Notes: generated by a model from the sequence alone, not told the origin. A stretch of DNA of 64,000 nt from Octopus vulgaris (GCA_951406725.2 OX597840.1:27838001-27902000), one strand, 5' to 3'; numbered from the stretch's first letter, positions 28,619 through 43,822 are shown. Translations and numbers: made by a program.

Positions 28619-29939
28619 CAACGTCCACAAAATCCATTCACAGGGCTTTGGTCGACCAATGATTATAGCAGGAGACACATGCCCAAGGTTCCATGCAGCG
28701 GTACTAAACCTGGAACCATGTAGTTACGAAGGAAGCTGCTTACCACATGCACAAGGTTTTGTGAAGGGATTCGAACTTGCGTTGTAAGGATTGGCAAAGT
28801 GAGTTTCTAAATCATCCATCTATGATGCGTCCATGCAACAACAAACACTTTCATGCAACCATATATAAACACAAGCACTCTCTGATAATTATGTCAGCCA
28901 ATAACATAGTTAGTACACGGTGCAACTGTAGTTTGCTCTGTCGCCTCCCGCCATTAATTACAGTTTTATTGCAATAGGTGAGACATAGCACTTAAATGCC
29001 GACATATACACATACAGATTCATATACATATCTATGCACACACAGACACATATGCAAATACATACCCGCGTCTCTCTTTCACTCACACACTCAGTCCCTG
29101 GTCCCTCTTTCTCCCTATCAGTGTATACACACACACGCATATGTACATATAGATATATATGTATACAAATATATATATATATATTATATAGTGGTTTTAG
29201 CTCTAATTTAATTTATATATATATAACATACCTAAAATAACTACTCGAAACAGCTGTAAGTTAAATTTGTTCTAATATTCGAAAAATATCTAATGACCGC
29301 TATTTATACCTTGTCTTATAATATGTATATATTTCATACATATGTGTGTACATGTGTGTGTATGTATGTGTGCATGTATGTATATGTGTATGTATACTCA
29401 AATACATATACTCATATATTTGAATGCGCGTACAGCCAAGCGAGAAAGAATAATGAACGGAAAGCAAAAAGCAGAAACAAGACAAAATAAGGAAATTACA
29501 AGAAAAGAAATATTCAAAAAGACAATGAAAAAATAAGTATAAAATACATAAAAAAACATAAATAAGAATGAGGATAAAAGAAGCAATAAAATAAATGGAA
29601 ACTGCAGAACATAAAACAAAGAAAAAAAAAAAAAAAAGAAAAAAACAAAGACAGAAGAAAGGAAAAAGGAAAGAGAGAAAGAAAACGGATGACGAAAACG
29701 AAAATGAAATTAAATGATAATTTTGTATTTTGTTTGTTTTACGTGTGTACGTGTGTGTGTGTGCATGTGCTTGTGTGTGTTTGTTAGTTTGTTAGTTGTT
29801 GTTTACGGAGAAATCGGAAAGTGAGTGTTTTACGGAAGTGATGCTGAGGACGATGAATATATATAGATATATATATATACATGTGTGCGTGTGTGTATAT
29901 TTGTGTGTGTGTGTGTGTGTATATGTGTATACACATACA

Positions 29940-29970
<31 letters not shown>

Positions 29971-29999
29971 TTATATATATATATATATGCACACATACA

Positions 30000-30040
<41 letters not shown>

Positions 30041-30263
30041 CACGCACACACATATGTATGTGTATGTGTGTGTGTGTGTGTGTGTATCATTCAACACTCA
30101 ATGCTTTGCTTCGGTCTATAAATGTTCCATGATAACCTCTCTTTCGCCTCTCATCGCCACTCACCTCCGCCATCTTAAGCTTTCATAAGTTGTACAATTT
30201 AGCCGGTTCTAGTAGCAGTAGTATCTATAGAGCGGCTACAACAACAACAACAACAACAACCAA

Positions 30264-30331
<68 letters not shown>

Positions 30332-30683
30332 TTGCTATTACATCTACAGCTGCTGCTAATGACGATGGCGTTTATGTTGCTGTAACTAGCTGATATGGCT
30401 CCGTCATTTTGGGTGTTTTTGTTTTGGTGTGGATGTTGTCTTCTCTTCCTCTCACTTTCTCTGTTTATCTCAATCTCTATTTATTTATCTATCAATGAAT
30501 TTATCTATCCCTATCTATCCATCTATCTATCTATCTTTTTTTTTGTTCTTTTCTTCCCTTTTACGATCCCTCTTGATCGAAAACCTACGCCACCCCCTTT
30601 TTTTTCATCCCCCAAAAGAAAAGCTCTACCTTGTAACTTGTCCCATTTGTGTGCAGCCCTGTGTGGCCAATAAAAAAAACTTT

Positions 30684-30758
<75 letters not shown>

Positions 30759-31215
30759 GTCTATTTATCTATCTGTCCGTCTATCTTTATATTTATCTAT
30801 CTATCTTTCTGTCTCTGTCTGTATGTATGTATGTATGTATGTATGTATGTATCTATCTATCTATCTATTTATCAAACAGTCTGTCTATCAATCAATCTAT
30901 TTATCGATCTATCCATCTATCTATCTATCTCTCCATCTATCTATTTCCCTCTCTATCTATCTATATATCTATCAATCTGTCTAGCCATCAATATATTTAT
31001 CCATCTACTTAGCCATCTATCTACTTTTACATCCATCTGCCTGTCTCTATATTTGTATATTTATCCCTCTACCCATTTCTCTATCAGCATGTCTACCTGT
31101 CTCTCTACCTATCTGTCAAGCTATTTATCCATCAGCCTATATATTTATCTATCTATCGATATATCTCTATTCTGTGTATCTATCTTCGTTCTTGTCTTTG
31201 TTTGTGTATATAATG

Positions 31216-31248
<33 letters not shown>

Positions 31249-31543
31249 GTGTATGTATGCATTCATGTATGTATGTATGTATGTATGTATGTATGTATGT
31301 ATGTATGCATGCATTCATGTATGTATGTATGTATGTATGTATGTATGCATGCATTCATGTATGTATGTATGTATGTATGTATGTATGTATGTATGTATGT
31401 ATGTATGCATGCATTCATGTATGTATGTATGTATGTATGTATGTATGTATGTATGCATGCATGCATCATGTATGTATGTATGTATGTATGTATGTATGTG
31501 TGTATGTATGTGTGTATGTATGTATGGATGGATGGATGGATGG

Positions 31544-31621
<78 letters not shown>

Positions 31622-32611
31622 AAATCCATCCATGCCTTTCCTCCCTGTATTTCGATGTTGCTGTCATTCTTCAGCCGTTGTCATCGTTGTCGCTGGTGTA
31701 GGTTTCTCTTTCTCCCTCACTTTCTCTCCCTCTCTATCCCTCTCTATCCCTCTCTCTATTTACCTATCTATCTCTCACACAACCTATCCCCCACACCCCA
31801 CCTTCTTCACTACTTCCCTTCTTTCCTTCGCAACCCCCCCCCACCACACCACACCCGCCATCATTCTCGTCCAGGCCACCACCACCACCACCACCACCAA
31901 ACTCAGCCATCGCTCTCCTCCGCTTCATATTGCTCTTGCCAGGCCGAACAAGACAATCAAATAGCGAAATAAAATACAGACAGAGAGAAAGGAGCGGATG
32001 CTTGCTTGCCTTCGGGGCGAATATCTCGTCTGTTTGCTGATTAGGTGGGCGGCACCTGTCACAGAAATGACAGCTTTTGTCCAAATAACAATATGATATG
32101 TTCATTCGGATTTTCTTCTTTTCTTTTCTTTACTTTTACTTCCAGCTTCTCTCCCCGTTTGTACTTCCTCTTCTACTTCTTCTTTTCTTCTGCGTTTATT
32201 TCTTCTTCCTTTCCTTTCTTCGAGGTCCCTTCTCTTTCTTCTTCTTCTTCTTCATCTTCTTCTTCTTCTTCTTCTTCTTCTTCTTCTTCTTCTTCTTCTT
32301 CTTCTTCTTCTTCTTCTTCTTCTTCTTCTTCTTCTTCTTCTTCTTCTTCTTCTTCTTCTTCTTCTTCTCTTTCTTCTTCTTCTTCTTCTTCGTCTTCTTC
32401 TTCTTCATCGTCATCTTCTTCTTCTTCTTCTTGTTTTTCTTCTTCTTGTTTTTCTTCTTCTTCTTCTTCTTCTTCTTCTTCTCCTTCCTCTTCTTCTCCT
32501 CCTCCTCCTTCTTCTTCTTCTTCTTCTTCTTCTTCTTCTTCTTCTTCTTCTTCTTCTTTGTATTGTCCCCCCATCCTTCGCCTTTGTGGCAAATAAATGA
32601 AATCATTACTA

Positions 32612-32708
<97 letters not shown>

Positions 32709-33439
32709 TATTTTTATCATCATTACTATTATTCCTTCTTCTTATTCTCTCTCTCCTCCTCATCATCATCATTATCATCCGCATCACCATCATCATCAGC
32801 TATTTCTTATTCCTCTTCTCCCTCTCCTTTTTTTCCTTTTCTTTCTCGCCTTCGTCTTTTACCACTCTCTCCATGTCACAGAATTAAACCCAATTCCTAT
32901 ATCTCACTCTTTCGCCCTCACCCCTCTTTCTCCTTTCTCTCCCTTCTCTTGCCCCTTCTCTATGTAGATCCTGTCAACATCGTAAGTATAGGTCAGTAAA
33001 TACACACGTACATGAATTCACATATGTGTAAACATTTATATACCCGCATACACACACATACACAAACACGAGCGCGCAAATATATATATGTATATATATT
33101 TATACACGCATATATATATATATACACATATATATATATATGTACACACACATATACATTCATACTATGGGCTTCCACAGTTTCTTTCTACCAAATTCAC
33201 TCCCAAATCTTTGGTCGACCCGGGTTTATAGTAGAGGGCCCTTCCTCGCCTAAGGTGCCACGCACTGGATTTGAACCCAAAACTACGCAGTTGCGAATCG
33301 AGTTTCTTAACAAACTCACGCTTGCCTCCGCCTTTTTCTACATGCATACACATACACACACACACATATAAATATATGTGTGTATATATGTATAAATATA
33401 TATATATATATTTATATATATATATATATATATATATTT

Positions 33440-33571
33440 ATTTATTTTATAGAAGGTGCTTCTACAGGACTAGAACTGTTTCATTCAAATGAAATCACCA
33501 GGAAGCTTCCTGATGATTTCATTTGAATGAAACAGTTCTAGTCCTGTAGAAGCTCCTTCTATAAAATAAAT
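33440..33571. repeat. 132-bp near-perfect palindrome
   Basis: Centre AAGCTT at 33503-33508; two mismatched pairs. Confidence 0.95.
33504..33554 (+). ncRNA. Type I hammerhead ribozyme motif
   Basis: AGCTTC-CTGATGA-TTTCATTTGAAT-GAAA-CAG-TTCTAGTC-CTG-TA-GAAGCT: stem I 6 bp, stem III CAG/CTG, GUA cleavage triplet; stem II is weak. Confidence 0.75.
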
Positions 33572-33636
33572 TAATTTACTCTGCCATGTATTGAGTATCT
33601 TATTTACTGTGGTTAACCCCGACTCAACCCGGGACC

Positions 33637-33688
<52 letters not shown>

Positions 33689-33771
33689 CACATACATATA
33701 TATATATAAGCGATAATTAAGATTCAGCGTAGGTTTTCCCTTTTTCACTTATTTTCATCTTTATGCTAACA

Positions 33772-35068
33772 CTAGCTGTTGGACCCGGCGTTGCTCGTGT
33801 TAACCGTGTTGAAGTTAAGCCCACTTCTGCCCGTGCATTGAAATCTTCTACGTTCCCCATGTCAACTATTACCCATTAAGATGATATTCCTGATTCAGCA
33901 GGGATTTTACGCTTTCGACATACTCCCACATACTGGACCGTCTGAAATCGCAGTCTAACTTTTGGGTGTACATCGACCCGTTGAGAGTGACGTTTCTTTA
34001 TTTCTCTCCCCTTAATGCCAGCCCCTGTACAAAATTGATCAGTGTGTTCAATCTCAGCAAAATCCGAAGGCAAGTGTTAACGCTATATCATAAAATAGAA
34101 TCCATGTTATCATTTACATGAAAATATCCCATTGACTTTTAAATCCCAATGCACTATATGAATAATCGATGTTTCATAGTTCGAAGTGCTTAATTTTACT
34201 CATAGATCAATTTTCTTCAAAGTCAGTTCATTATTTTACTGTGAGTGGATTTTGACGATTTCTGCCTTTCACCAGATTAATTTAAATTCTACTACATGAC
34301 TCCAGCCATAAACTTTACCTAAATGCCAGATTTCATCAAAATTGGATATATTCTGTAAAAGTTACAGCATAAAATATTAATCCTATGGGTAATTGCATAC
34401 AAAAAGCCTATTGATATCTTAAAATCCCTCGCCCACGCGCAACTCTTCATGCTGGCATCAACTGATGGACATGAACCGTAATCACATGTAAAATTTCTAC
34501 AAAATCGATAAGAATGTCTCTAGGGAAATGCTTATTTGAATTTGTGCCCCTTTTAAGCCCTTTTGAATTAAATAAACACCTTTACCGACTTCCCCACCAC
34601 AAAATCTACCTACATCTCAAATTTCATTAAAATCTGATAAAAAGTATAAAAGTTACGGCCCAAAATAAAATCCCTATGGGTATTTGCACGCAAAAACCTA
34701 TTGATTTTATAAAACCACAGCTCAGGCACAATTATCGATTCTTTGTCGAGGCCATATACTGACATCAACTCAGTGCCATGAGCCTCACCCACTCATCGAT
34801 ATTCATCAAAATCGGACAAAACATGCAAAAGCTGCATGAAAAATAGCACCGATATGGAATTTCCATTCAAATGCCCGATTCAGCTCACAAAAATCGATGC
34901 CAACTAAGCATTATCGAGTTTTCGAAAAATTCTGGCCTTATTTGACCTTCAGGGCATTTGATCAAACCTATGTGCCAATCACTAAAATCGTTTGGACGGT
35001 GTGGGATAAGTTAAAGTAACCCCAAACACACACACAGACAGACACCATTATACATTTATGTATATAGA
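33772..35068 (-). mobile_element. Non-autonomous Helitron, about 1.3 kb, with degenerate internal repeats
   Basis: Minus strand A|TC...CGAGCAACGCCGGGTCCAACAG-CTAG|T; TTTCATCAAAAT-like motifs recur near 34331, 34492, 34621 and 34801. Confidence 0.8.
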
Positions 35069-35100
35069 TTTACTGGGCAGCTGATTTTCACAAGATAAAA

Positions 35101-35466
35101 AAACAAAAGCATTCAGAGAGTGCAAACCTCCGCCAAAGTAATACCAAAGTTCTCTCAACGAATATCCAGAGATGGTTTTTAAAATGAGAATATCTGAAAT
35201 AAACTCGACTGTTCTCACAAACGAGAATACAAAAATGAACCCGACCGCTCTCAAAAAATAAGGAGTAAAAACGGAAAATATAATCCTGAATCGTTGTCCG
35301 GTAACTGATCGATCCCAAAATCTAATCAGTTCGTGCCAGTCAGGAAGGCAAACATCCATAAAAGTTTCCTTCGAATCCATCCAACGGTTCTTGAGATATC
35401 TGGTCCACAGACAAACAAATACAACTAAAAACAATACCTCTGTTTTTGCTAAGGCGGATGTAATAA
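35101..35466 (-). mobile_element. Helentron-associated non-autonomous element (DINE-1/HINE-like)
   Basis: Subterminal inverted repeats ACCTCCGCC / GGCGGATGT, terminal hairpin GCATTC-AGA-GAGTGC, short GTTT/GTCT microsatellite, T-rich ends. Confidence 0.65.
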
Positions 35467-35806
35467 CAGATAATAGATAGAAATAAAATGTCTGAAAAAT
35501 TAAGGTTCTTGCCTGATTTAGACAAAAGATAAGCCTTCCATTCTTGTGTGATTAAAGTTCTGATCTAAAACAATTCAAATCTGTGTCCTCCTATCACTGA
35601 AGCCCCCACTCTCGTCTCTGCCACGTGACCCGTTTATATAATTTTTTAACAAATATTAATATGTATATAATAATAATAATAAGAAGAAGAATAAGAATAA
35701 AAATAATAATAATAATAATAATAATAAGAAGAAGAAGAATAAAAATAATAATAATAAGAAGAAGAAGAAGAATAAAAATAATAATAATAATAATAACAAT
35801 AAAAAA

Positions 35807-35868
<62 letters not shown>

Positions 35869-36141
35869 TCATAATGTGAGGGAATATTATTTCAAACTTA
35901 CAGGGAAAAATTCAATTTAGAAATACTAAATCAAATTTAACAAAATATAATATATATATATATATAAATTAGAAAAAAAAAACACCTTATATATATACAT
36001 TTTATTTATTATTTTGCATATTACTTAATCACCGTTATATGTTTTATATTTAATCTTCATATAATATGTCATTTTCTAAATGGTATAATTTAATTTTTCA
36101 TTATTGAATTGATAAAAGGTGGATTTTTTCTAATTCATATA

Positions 36142-36549
36142 CTCTTTACTCTTTTACTCTTTTACTTGTTTCAGTCATTTCACTGCGGCTATGCTGGAGC
36201 ACCGCCTTTAATCGAGCAACTTGACCCCGGGACTTATTCTTTTGTAAGCCCAGTACTTATTCCATCGATCACTTTTGCCGAACCGCTAAGTTACGGGGAC
36301 ATAAACACACCAGCATCGGTTGTCAAGCAATGCAAGGGGGACAAACACAGACACACAAACACACACACGCATATATATATACACATATATACAACGGGCT
36401 TCTTTCAGTTTCCGTCTACCAAATCCACTCACAAGGCTTTGGTCGGTCCGAGGCTATAGTAGAAGACACTTGCCCAAGGTGCCACGCAGTGGGACTGAAC
36501 CCGGAACCATGTGGCTGGTAGACAAGCTACTTACCACACAGCCACACCT
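36142..36549 (-). mobile_element. SINE family B, full length
   Basis: Matches the other B copies, including the (AAGAGTA)n-like tail. Confidence 0.9.
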
Positions 36550-36697
36550 GCTGTATATATATATATATATATATATACAAATCGAGATCTGCTGGTTCGA
36601 AGTCATTTTTCACACTGTGATGCAGATATTATTAGACATTTGTCTTGTTCGTAACAATACCATCACGATTACCAGCAAGACAACCACCACCACCATC

Positions 36698-36750
<53 letters not shown>

Positions 36751-37575
36751 AATCTTTTCGTTGAAACTCTTTCTTAATGAAGTGTTCCTACCAGCACTTC
36801 ATTTCCTCCACCTCGTGTCGGCTGTCAATCAACAGAAATACTCAAATTGAGTAATATACTGGAAGACAACACGCGCATACGTATACACAAATACATGCAT
36901 ATTTGTATGTATGTGTGCCTTTGTATGTATGTGTGTGTATGTGTGTATGTATGTGAGTGTGTATGCACATGTGAAGACAGACAGACAGACCGATATATAT
37001 ATATATATATAGATAGATGAATGGATGGATGGAGGAATGGATAAATAGATAGATTGACGGATCGATAGATAGATTGATATATAGCTAGATAGACAGTTTG
37101 GATGGATAGGATAGTTGCGCGTGTGTGTGTATGTATTTTGTATGTATGTATGTATGTATGTATGTATGTATGCATGTATGTATGTATGTATGTATGTATG
37201 CATGTATGTATGTTTGTATGTATGTATGTATGTATGTATGTATGTATGTATGTATGTATGTATGTATGTATGTATGTATGCATGTATGTATGTATGCATG
37301 TATGTATGTATGTATGTATGTATGTATGTATGTATGTATGTATGTTCTTGTACATCTTTTTAAGCCTGCTACTTATTCTATCGATCTGTCTTGCCGAACC
37401 GCTAAGATACAGGGACATAAACACACCAACACTTTACGCTTCTTCTAATTCTTATTTCTCCCTACATTTATATAAACCTCTCATACTTTGCTATCTACAC
37501 ATTCTAATTATATTATTCCATGCGTCAACATATACATCCTTGCGACAATGTAACCATTAATTTAATCAAGTTATC

Positions 37576-37666
37576 CTTGGCCTGAAGAGTAAACTGCGGT
37601 GTACAACTCACTTGGATTTCTACCACTTCTGAGATTCCGCTCTGCTATGAAACATATGTAACCCAG
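37576..37666 (+). ncRNA. Degenerate hammerhead motif with extended stem II
   Basis: CTGAAGA at 37582, GAAA-CATATG-TA at 37649-37660; GCGG/CCGC in stem II; stem I is imperfect (CTTGGC/ACCCAG). Confidence 0.5.
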
Positions 37667-38211
37667 ATCCTACATTCTCCATTCATTAATTCTTGTATTC
37701 TTATTCGCACACCTGGCAACCCTGGTCGCCTACTGTGGAATATAAAAAGGACTTATTTCTTCTTATCGTTCTTCGATACGGAAAAAATCCTTCTGTCTCA
37801 ACAAACCACTATTTTCCCTGAAAGTTGTTTTTTTATATTTACTACGGATTTCTTGAAGCTAACTATCTTCCTACACATCGACCTCTGGATCTTAGATTTA
37901 TATTTACATGTGTATATGTGTGTGTGCGCCTGTTCTGTGTAATGTGTAAGCAATGAACAAAAACAAAAAGACAACACAAGGGTAACAATTTTTTTTTAAA
38001 TATTGTATTAATGATAAGCGATCACCGTGTATTGGCTAAAGAAAATAGTCTCATATTAGGGAATAGAACCCCTCGCTGGAAAAAAGTAGGTATTATTACG
38101 TATGGAAATCGAACAAAGTAACTCTCAGTACTGGCTCTCATCTGTTTTGAAAATCTGTATGATAACTTTCAAAGCAATTAAATCGCACTGCTAACACAGT
38201 AGGACACACTA

Positions 38212-38460
38212 CGTGGTGGTATCAAAAGGTTTTCAGACTAGTTTTGTTTCATAAAAAGTAAGGTATGTCCCTACGTTTTAACATCATCTTCGAAATAGTG
38301 ACCTTGCGCAGCAATACACAGGTCGCAGCGATTCTGCCACTTTTGGAAGCCAGCCTGGATGTCATTTTCCATAATCAAGTCGAGAACGATTTGCGATTCG
38401 GTCTGGATCTCAACAAAGGTGTTAAAACGGAGACATTTGAGCTGCATTTTCATTTTGGAG
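38212..38460 (-). mobile_element. Mariner transposase C-terminus and right TIR
   Basis: MKMQLKCLRFNTFVEIQ...FQKWQNRCDLCIAAQGHYFE, then a TIR ending at TA. Confidence 0.88.
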
Positions 38461-38839
38461 AATTATGTTACCCAGCTATATTTATCTTTGTCCTTGCTGT
38501 TCGCTTCCCAGGAGGTTTCAAACGAGATATATTGTTCCAGAAATCATTACTTAAATCCGTCTCAAATATGTCTGCGAAGTTTTTTTCCAATAGCTTATTT
38601 CACGTCCTAGATGTAAATTTTACACATAAATCAACCGAGTTAATAATGTATGTACAGGAAGAGAAAATGTCTTCATATATATTTTGGGCCTTCAACTGGC
38701 ACGTGCTTAGGTACTGAGATGGACTTACTTCAAGAAATCTGGATAACCTGGTCTATATAGCAATATATATATATATATATATATATACTTTTATATACAT
38801 ATATACATACATATATATATGCATAGATATCTATGTATA

Positions 38840-38883
<44 letters not shown>

Positions 38884-38915
38884 AGTATGTATATATATAT
38901 ATGTATGTATGTATG

Positions 38916-38977
<62 letters not shown>

Positions 38978-39078
38978 CTGTGAAATCTGTCATCGAACGA
39001 GACGAACCCATATAGCACAAAGAAAACTTCATCTACTTCACCACAAATATGGTTTCGGTTATAATAATAATGATGATG

Positions 39079-39246
<168 letters not shown>

Positions 39247-39257
39247 TTATTATTATT

Positions 39258-39487
39258 TAGACAACGAATTGAAGAAAGCTTAAAATGGTATCCTGTTATA
39301 GTACATCTATTTCTTTTCATAATGATAATAATAATAATTATAATAATAATAATAATAATATTAATAATAATATTAATAATAGCTAATTATTATTACTATT
39401 GTTGTTGTTGTTGTTATTATCATTATGAAAATAAATAGATGTACTATAACAGGATACCATTTTAAGCTTTCTTCAGTTCGTTATCTA
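39258..39487. repeat. Inverted repeat, 73-bp arms, microsatellite spacer
   Basis: 39258-39330 versus 39415-39487, three mismatches. Confidence 0.92.
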
Positions 39488-39535
39488 CATACGAGCACAA
39501 ATATATGCACACGCAGACATACACTCACACACAAG

Positions 39536-39588
<53 letters not shown>

Positions 39589-39627
39589 GTGTGTATATAT
39601 GTATTATATATGCATTACGTTGAGATG

Positions 39628-39658
<31 letters not shown>

Positions 39659-39672
39659 TTATATATATATGC

Positions 39673-39742
<70 letters not shown>

Positions 39743-40200
39743 ATGCATAGTAAGATTGTGTTTGTAGTTTTTTCTTTTCGTTCAGTTCGCCATTTTCAAA
39801 TTTCTTGAGGTTTTCTGGTAGTTTTTTCTTTTTCTTTTATTCTTATTCCTTTTTTCCTTTTTGTTCATTCTCGTTTTTTTTTTTTTTTGTTTTTGTTTTT
39901 GCTTTATTTTTTTAGTTTTTTTTTTAATTCCATCACTTCGCAAAACGTTCAATTCTGAAATAGTTCGAAGAGAGACTCGAAGCTATAATGTTATTGTTTG
40001 CTAAAAGTATGAAGCTATCGAAATGCAATAATACAAATTGTGTGATTATTGTTGTTAAAACTTTAAAGATTGCTTGTTTGTTTGTTTGTTATTTAAACCA
40101 TTATTAGAAGCTCTAAATACGTAGCTGATAATAATGGCGATTTTATACGAAAATGAACACATGTGGTTATCTATTATAAATCACAATGAAAAATACTTTC

Positions 40201-40274
<74 letters not shown>

Positions 40275-40304
40275 GTATAATTACATATATATATATATAT
40301 TTAT

Positions 40305-40353
<49 letters not shown>

Positions 40354-41090
40354 TAGATAAGTAGATAGATAGATAGATATATTGATAGATAGATAGATAG
40401 ATTGATAGATAGATACATAGATACATAGATAGATAGATATACATATGTTTGTGTATCTGTTTATGTTCTTGTATGTGTGTGTGTAAATGTGTGTCTCTTG
40501 GTGTATGTGTGTGTGTAAATATATCTAGGTATTTGGTGTGTTCGTGTTTATGCGTGTATGATTATATTATCAATTACAGCATACGTGAAAATATACGTTA
40601 GCAAATATATACATATACGCACACATATACACACACGCAGTCACATAAACCATGCATGGGTGCTACATTCTATAATTATATACTGATAAATATATATATT
40701 TAGTGAGATGTTAATTTTATAGGCTGATAGATACATAAATACATAGATAGGTATAGATTTATAGATACATGATATCATTGTATCAGTGTGTGTCACACAC
40801 ATATACACACATATATAATATATATGGTGGGGTGGTCTTTGAAGAGCATAATTTGTAATACATAATTTGTATGAGCATTGATTTAAATTCTTTTAATTTA
40901 GATTAATTTTCCTTATTTATATATCCCAATTATATAATTTTAGAATTAATTATGCTTATTCCTCCGGAAACAGACGCTGAAAATAATTAAATTACGATGC
41001 ATCAGGGAAATTTACACTTTTCTGCTTCATTTTTCGAACGATCGTTTAGCCTATAATGCGTATAAATCCATCGACTTCGATGTTTATGCG

Positions 41091-41155
<65 letters not shown>

Positions 41156-41156
41156 G

Positions 41157-41712
41157 TCACGTGATCACGTGACCGACCATCAGATGTTGCTACACATCGC
41201 TGGTCACAATGCGTTCGCATTGTTTTAGACTTTGAATGACGCCACCCCGCTGGCTGAGCGAGCAGGCCAACAGAAGAAAGAGTGGGAGAAAGAGTGGTGA
41301 AAGAGTACAGCAGGGATCACCACCTGTTTCTTTACTACCCACAAGGGGCTAAACACAGAGGGGACAAACAAGGACAGACAAACGGATTAAGTCGGTTACA
41401 TTGACCCCAGTGCATAACTGGTCCTTAATTTATCGACCCCGAAAGGATGAAAGGCAAAGTCGACCTCGGCGGAATTTGAACTCAGAACGTAAAGGGCAGA
41501 CGAAATACGGCTACGCATTTCGCCCGGCCGTGCTAACGTTTCTGCCAGCTCGCCGTCTGCCAGCAGGGATCACCACCACCGCCTGCCGGAGCCTCGTGGA
41601 GCTTTTTAGGTGTTTTCGCTCAATAAACACACACAACGCCCGGTCTGGGAATCGAAACTGCGATCCTGCGACCGCGAGTCCGCTGCCCTAACCACTAGGC
41701 CATTGCGCCTCC
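41157..41712 (-). mobile_element. SINE A variant (alternative 3' tail) with a nested SINE C
   Basis: A head at 41712; the C insertion at 41325-41554 is flanked by the 17-bp duplication CAGCAGGGATCACCACC (41308-41324, 41561-41577). Confidence 0.88.
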
Positions 41713-42202
41713 ACTATATATATATATGTATACAGTGCCAGTGTGTATTTTAATAGTGAGTTATCTTATCGGTGGATTTGGAATGATGGTATTTCAACAT
41801 CCTATTGAATCTGAATTTAGTTTATTTATATATATATATATATATATACAAATTGAGATAGGGGGTGTAAATGCAACCCTCCATGGGATAACATATATCC
41901 AATATACTGCTAGTGAAGTACCCAACAAAGTTAATACATAAATGTTAAGGATTGCGATGCAATCAATTCATTTACTGTATTATATGGGCAAAGGTAAAAT
42001 GATTTACCACAAATTACTAATACAAGATAAGAAAATGGAGAAATACATCTAAATCAAATATCAATTACCAGATAATACTCAATCACATACTTTATTAAAC
42101 CACCACATAAGAGACTGTAGGGTTAAATATAAAAAGCAGAACAAATCAGTGTACATAAAGGAATGTACATAAAAAAGTGTACATAAAAGAGTATATATAT
42201 AT

Positions 42203-42822
42203 AGTTAAGTTAAGTTAAGTTAATTTTTGGGCTCAAAAAGCAAAAAGCCAGGCCATGTAGGGGGACATGGAGTTATGTACAAGGTGGTGTTCATGCAAAG
42301 AGTTCAGGCCATTTCTGGTCAAGAGAGACTTTGAACCGTGCGGTCGTCGGCATCTTCCCTATCTCGTCCGGCAGCTTATTCCACGGATCTGCAACCCGGA
42401 CGGAGAAAGCCCCTCTCCTTCGATCGAGATGAAATCGTCGCAGATAGGGCTTTTCGGAATGACCCCGCAGACGACACTCTGGAGCAGGAGTGAAGAACAG
42501 CTCTTTCGAGAGGTTACACTTTCCGCTTATGATGTTGTGAGCGAGAATGAGATCACCACGGCGTCGTCTTTTTTCTGGAGAATAAAGGTCGAGCGTCTTC
42601 AGCCTTTCTTCATAAGACAAATGCTTGAGACCAAGAACCATGCGGGTAGCCAGCTTCTGGACTCTTTCGGGATAATGTATGTCTTTGAGGAGATAAGGAG
42701 AAGCTTGAATCCTGTACTCCAATATGGGTTTCACCAGCGTGACATAGAGCGGTAGGAATATGGCTGCTGTGAGCATTCCGAATGACCGTCGAATCAAAAA
42801 CAGAACTCCGCGTGCTTTGCTG
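42203..42822 (-). mobile_element. 5'-truncated CR1-clade LINE (ORF2 C-terminus, 3' UTR, (AACTT)n tail)
   Basis: LYVTLVKPILEY...ERVQKLATRMV.GLKHLSYEERL..L.L...RRRRGDLI...RGH...FSVRV...WNKLP is the typical CR1 ORF2 end. Confidence 0.93.
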
Positions 42823-42827
42823 TATAC

Positions 42828-42924
<97 letters not shown>

Positions 42925-42950
42925 TAATAAGAGGAATGACAACCAACTAC

Positions 42951-43310
<360 letters not shown>

Positions 43311-43424
43311 CTTTATTATTATTATTTTTATTATTATCATTATTATTATTATTATTGTTATTATTATTATTATTATTATTATTGTTATTATTATTATTAT
43401 TATTAATATTACTATTTCTATTAC

Positions 43425-43484
<60 letters not shown>

Positions 43485-43511
43485 CGTCATTATTATTATT
43501 ATAATTATTAA

Positions 43512-43548
<37 letters not shown>

Positions 43549-43706
43549 ATTATTATTATTATCATTATTATTATTATCATTATTATTATTATTATCATCA
43601 TTATTATTATTATTATTATCTTTATCATCATTATTATTATTATTATTATTATTAATATTATTACTATTATTATTATTATTATTATTACTATTATTATTAT
43701 TATTAC

Positions 43707-43783
<77 letters not shown>

Positions 43784-43822
43784 CGTTTGCCCCTTCCTTC
43801 GTTTGTCCACCACGCCCTCCCT

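Noticed and set aside
30429-31964. 511-aa ORF and the many YI/YLSI/MYVC ORFs
   Set aside because: These are translations of (TA)n, (TATC)n and (TATG)n.
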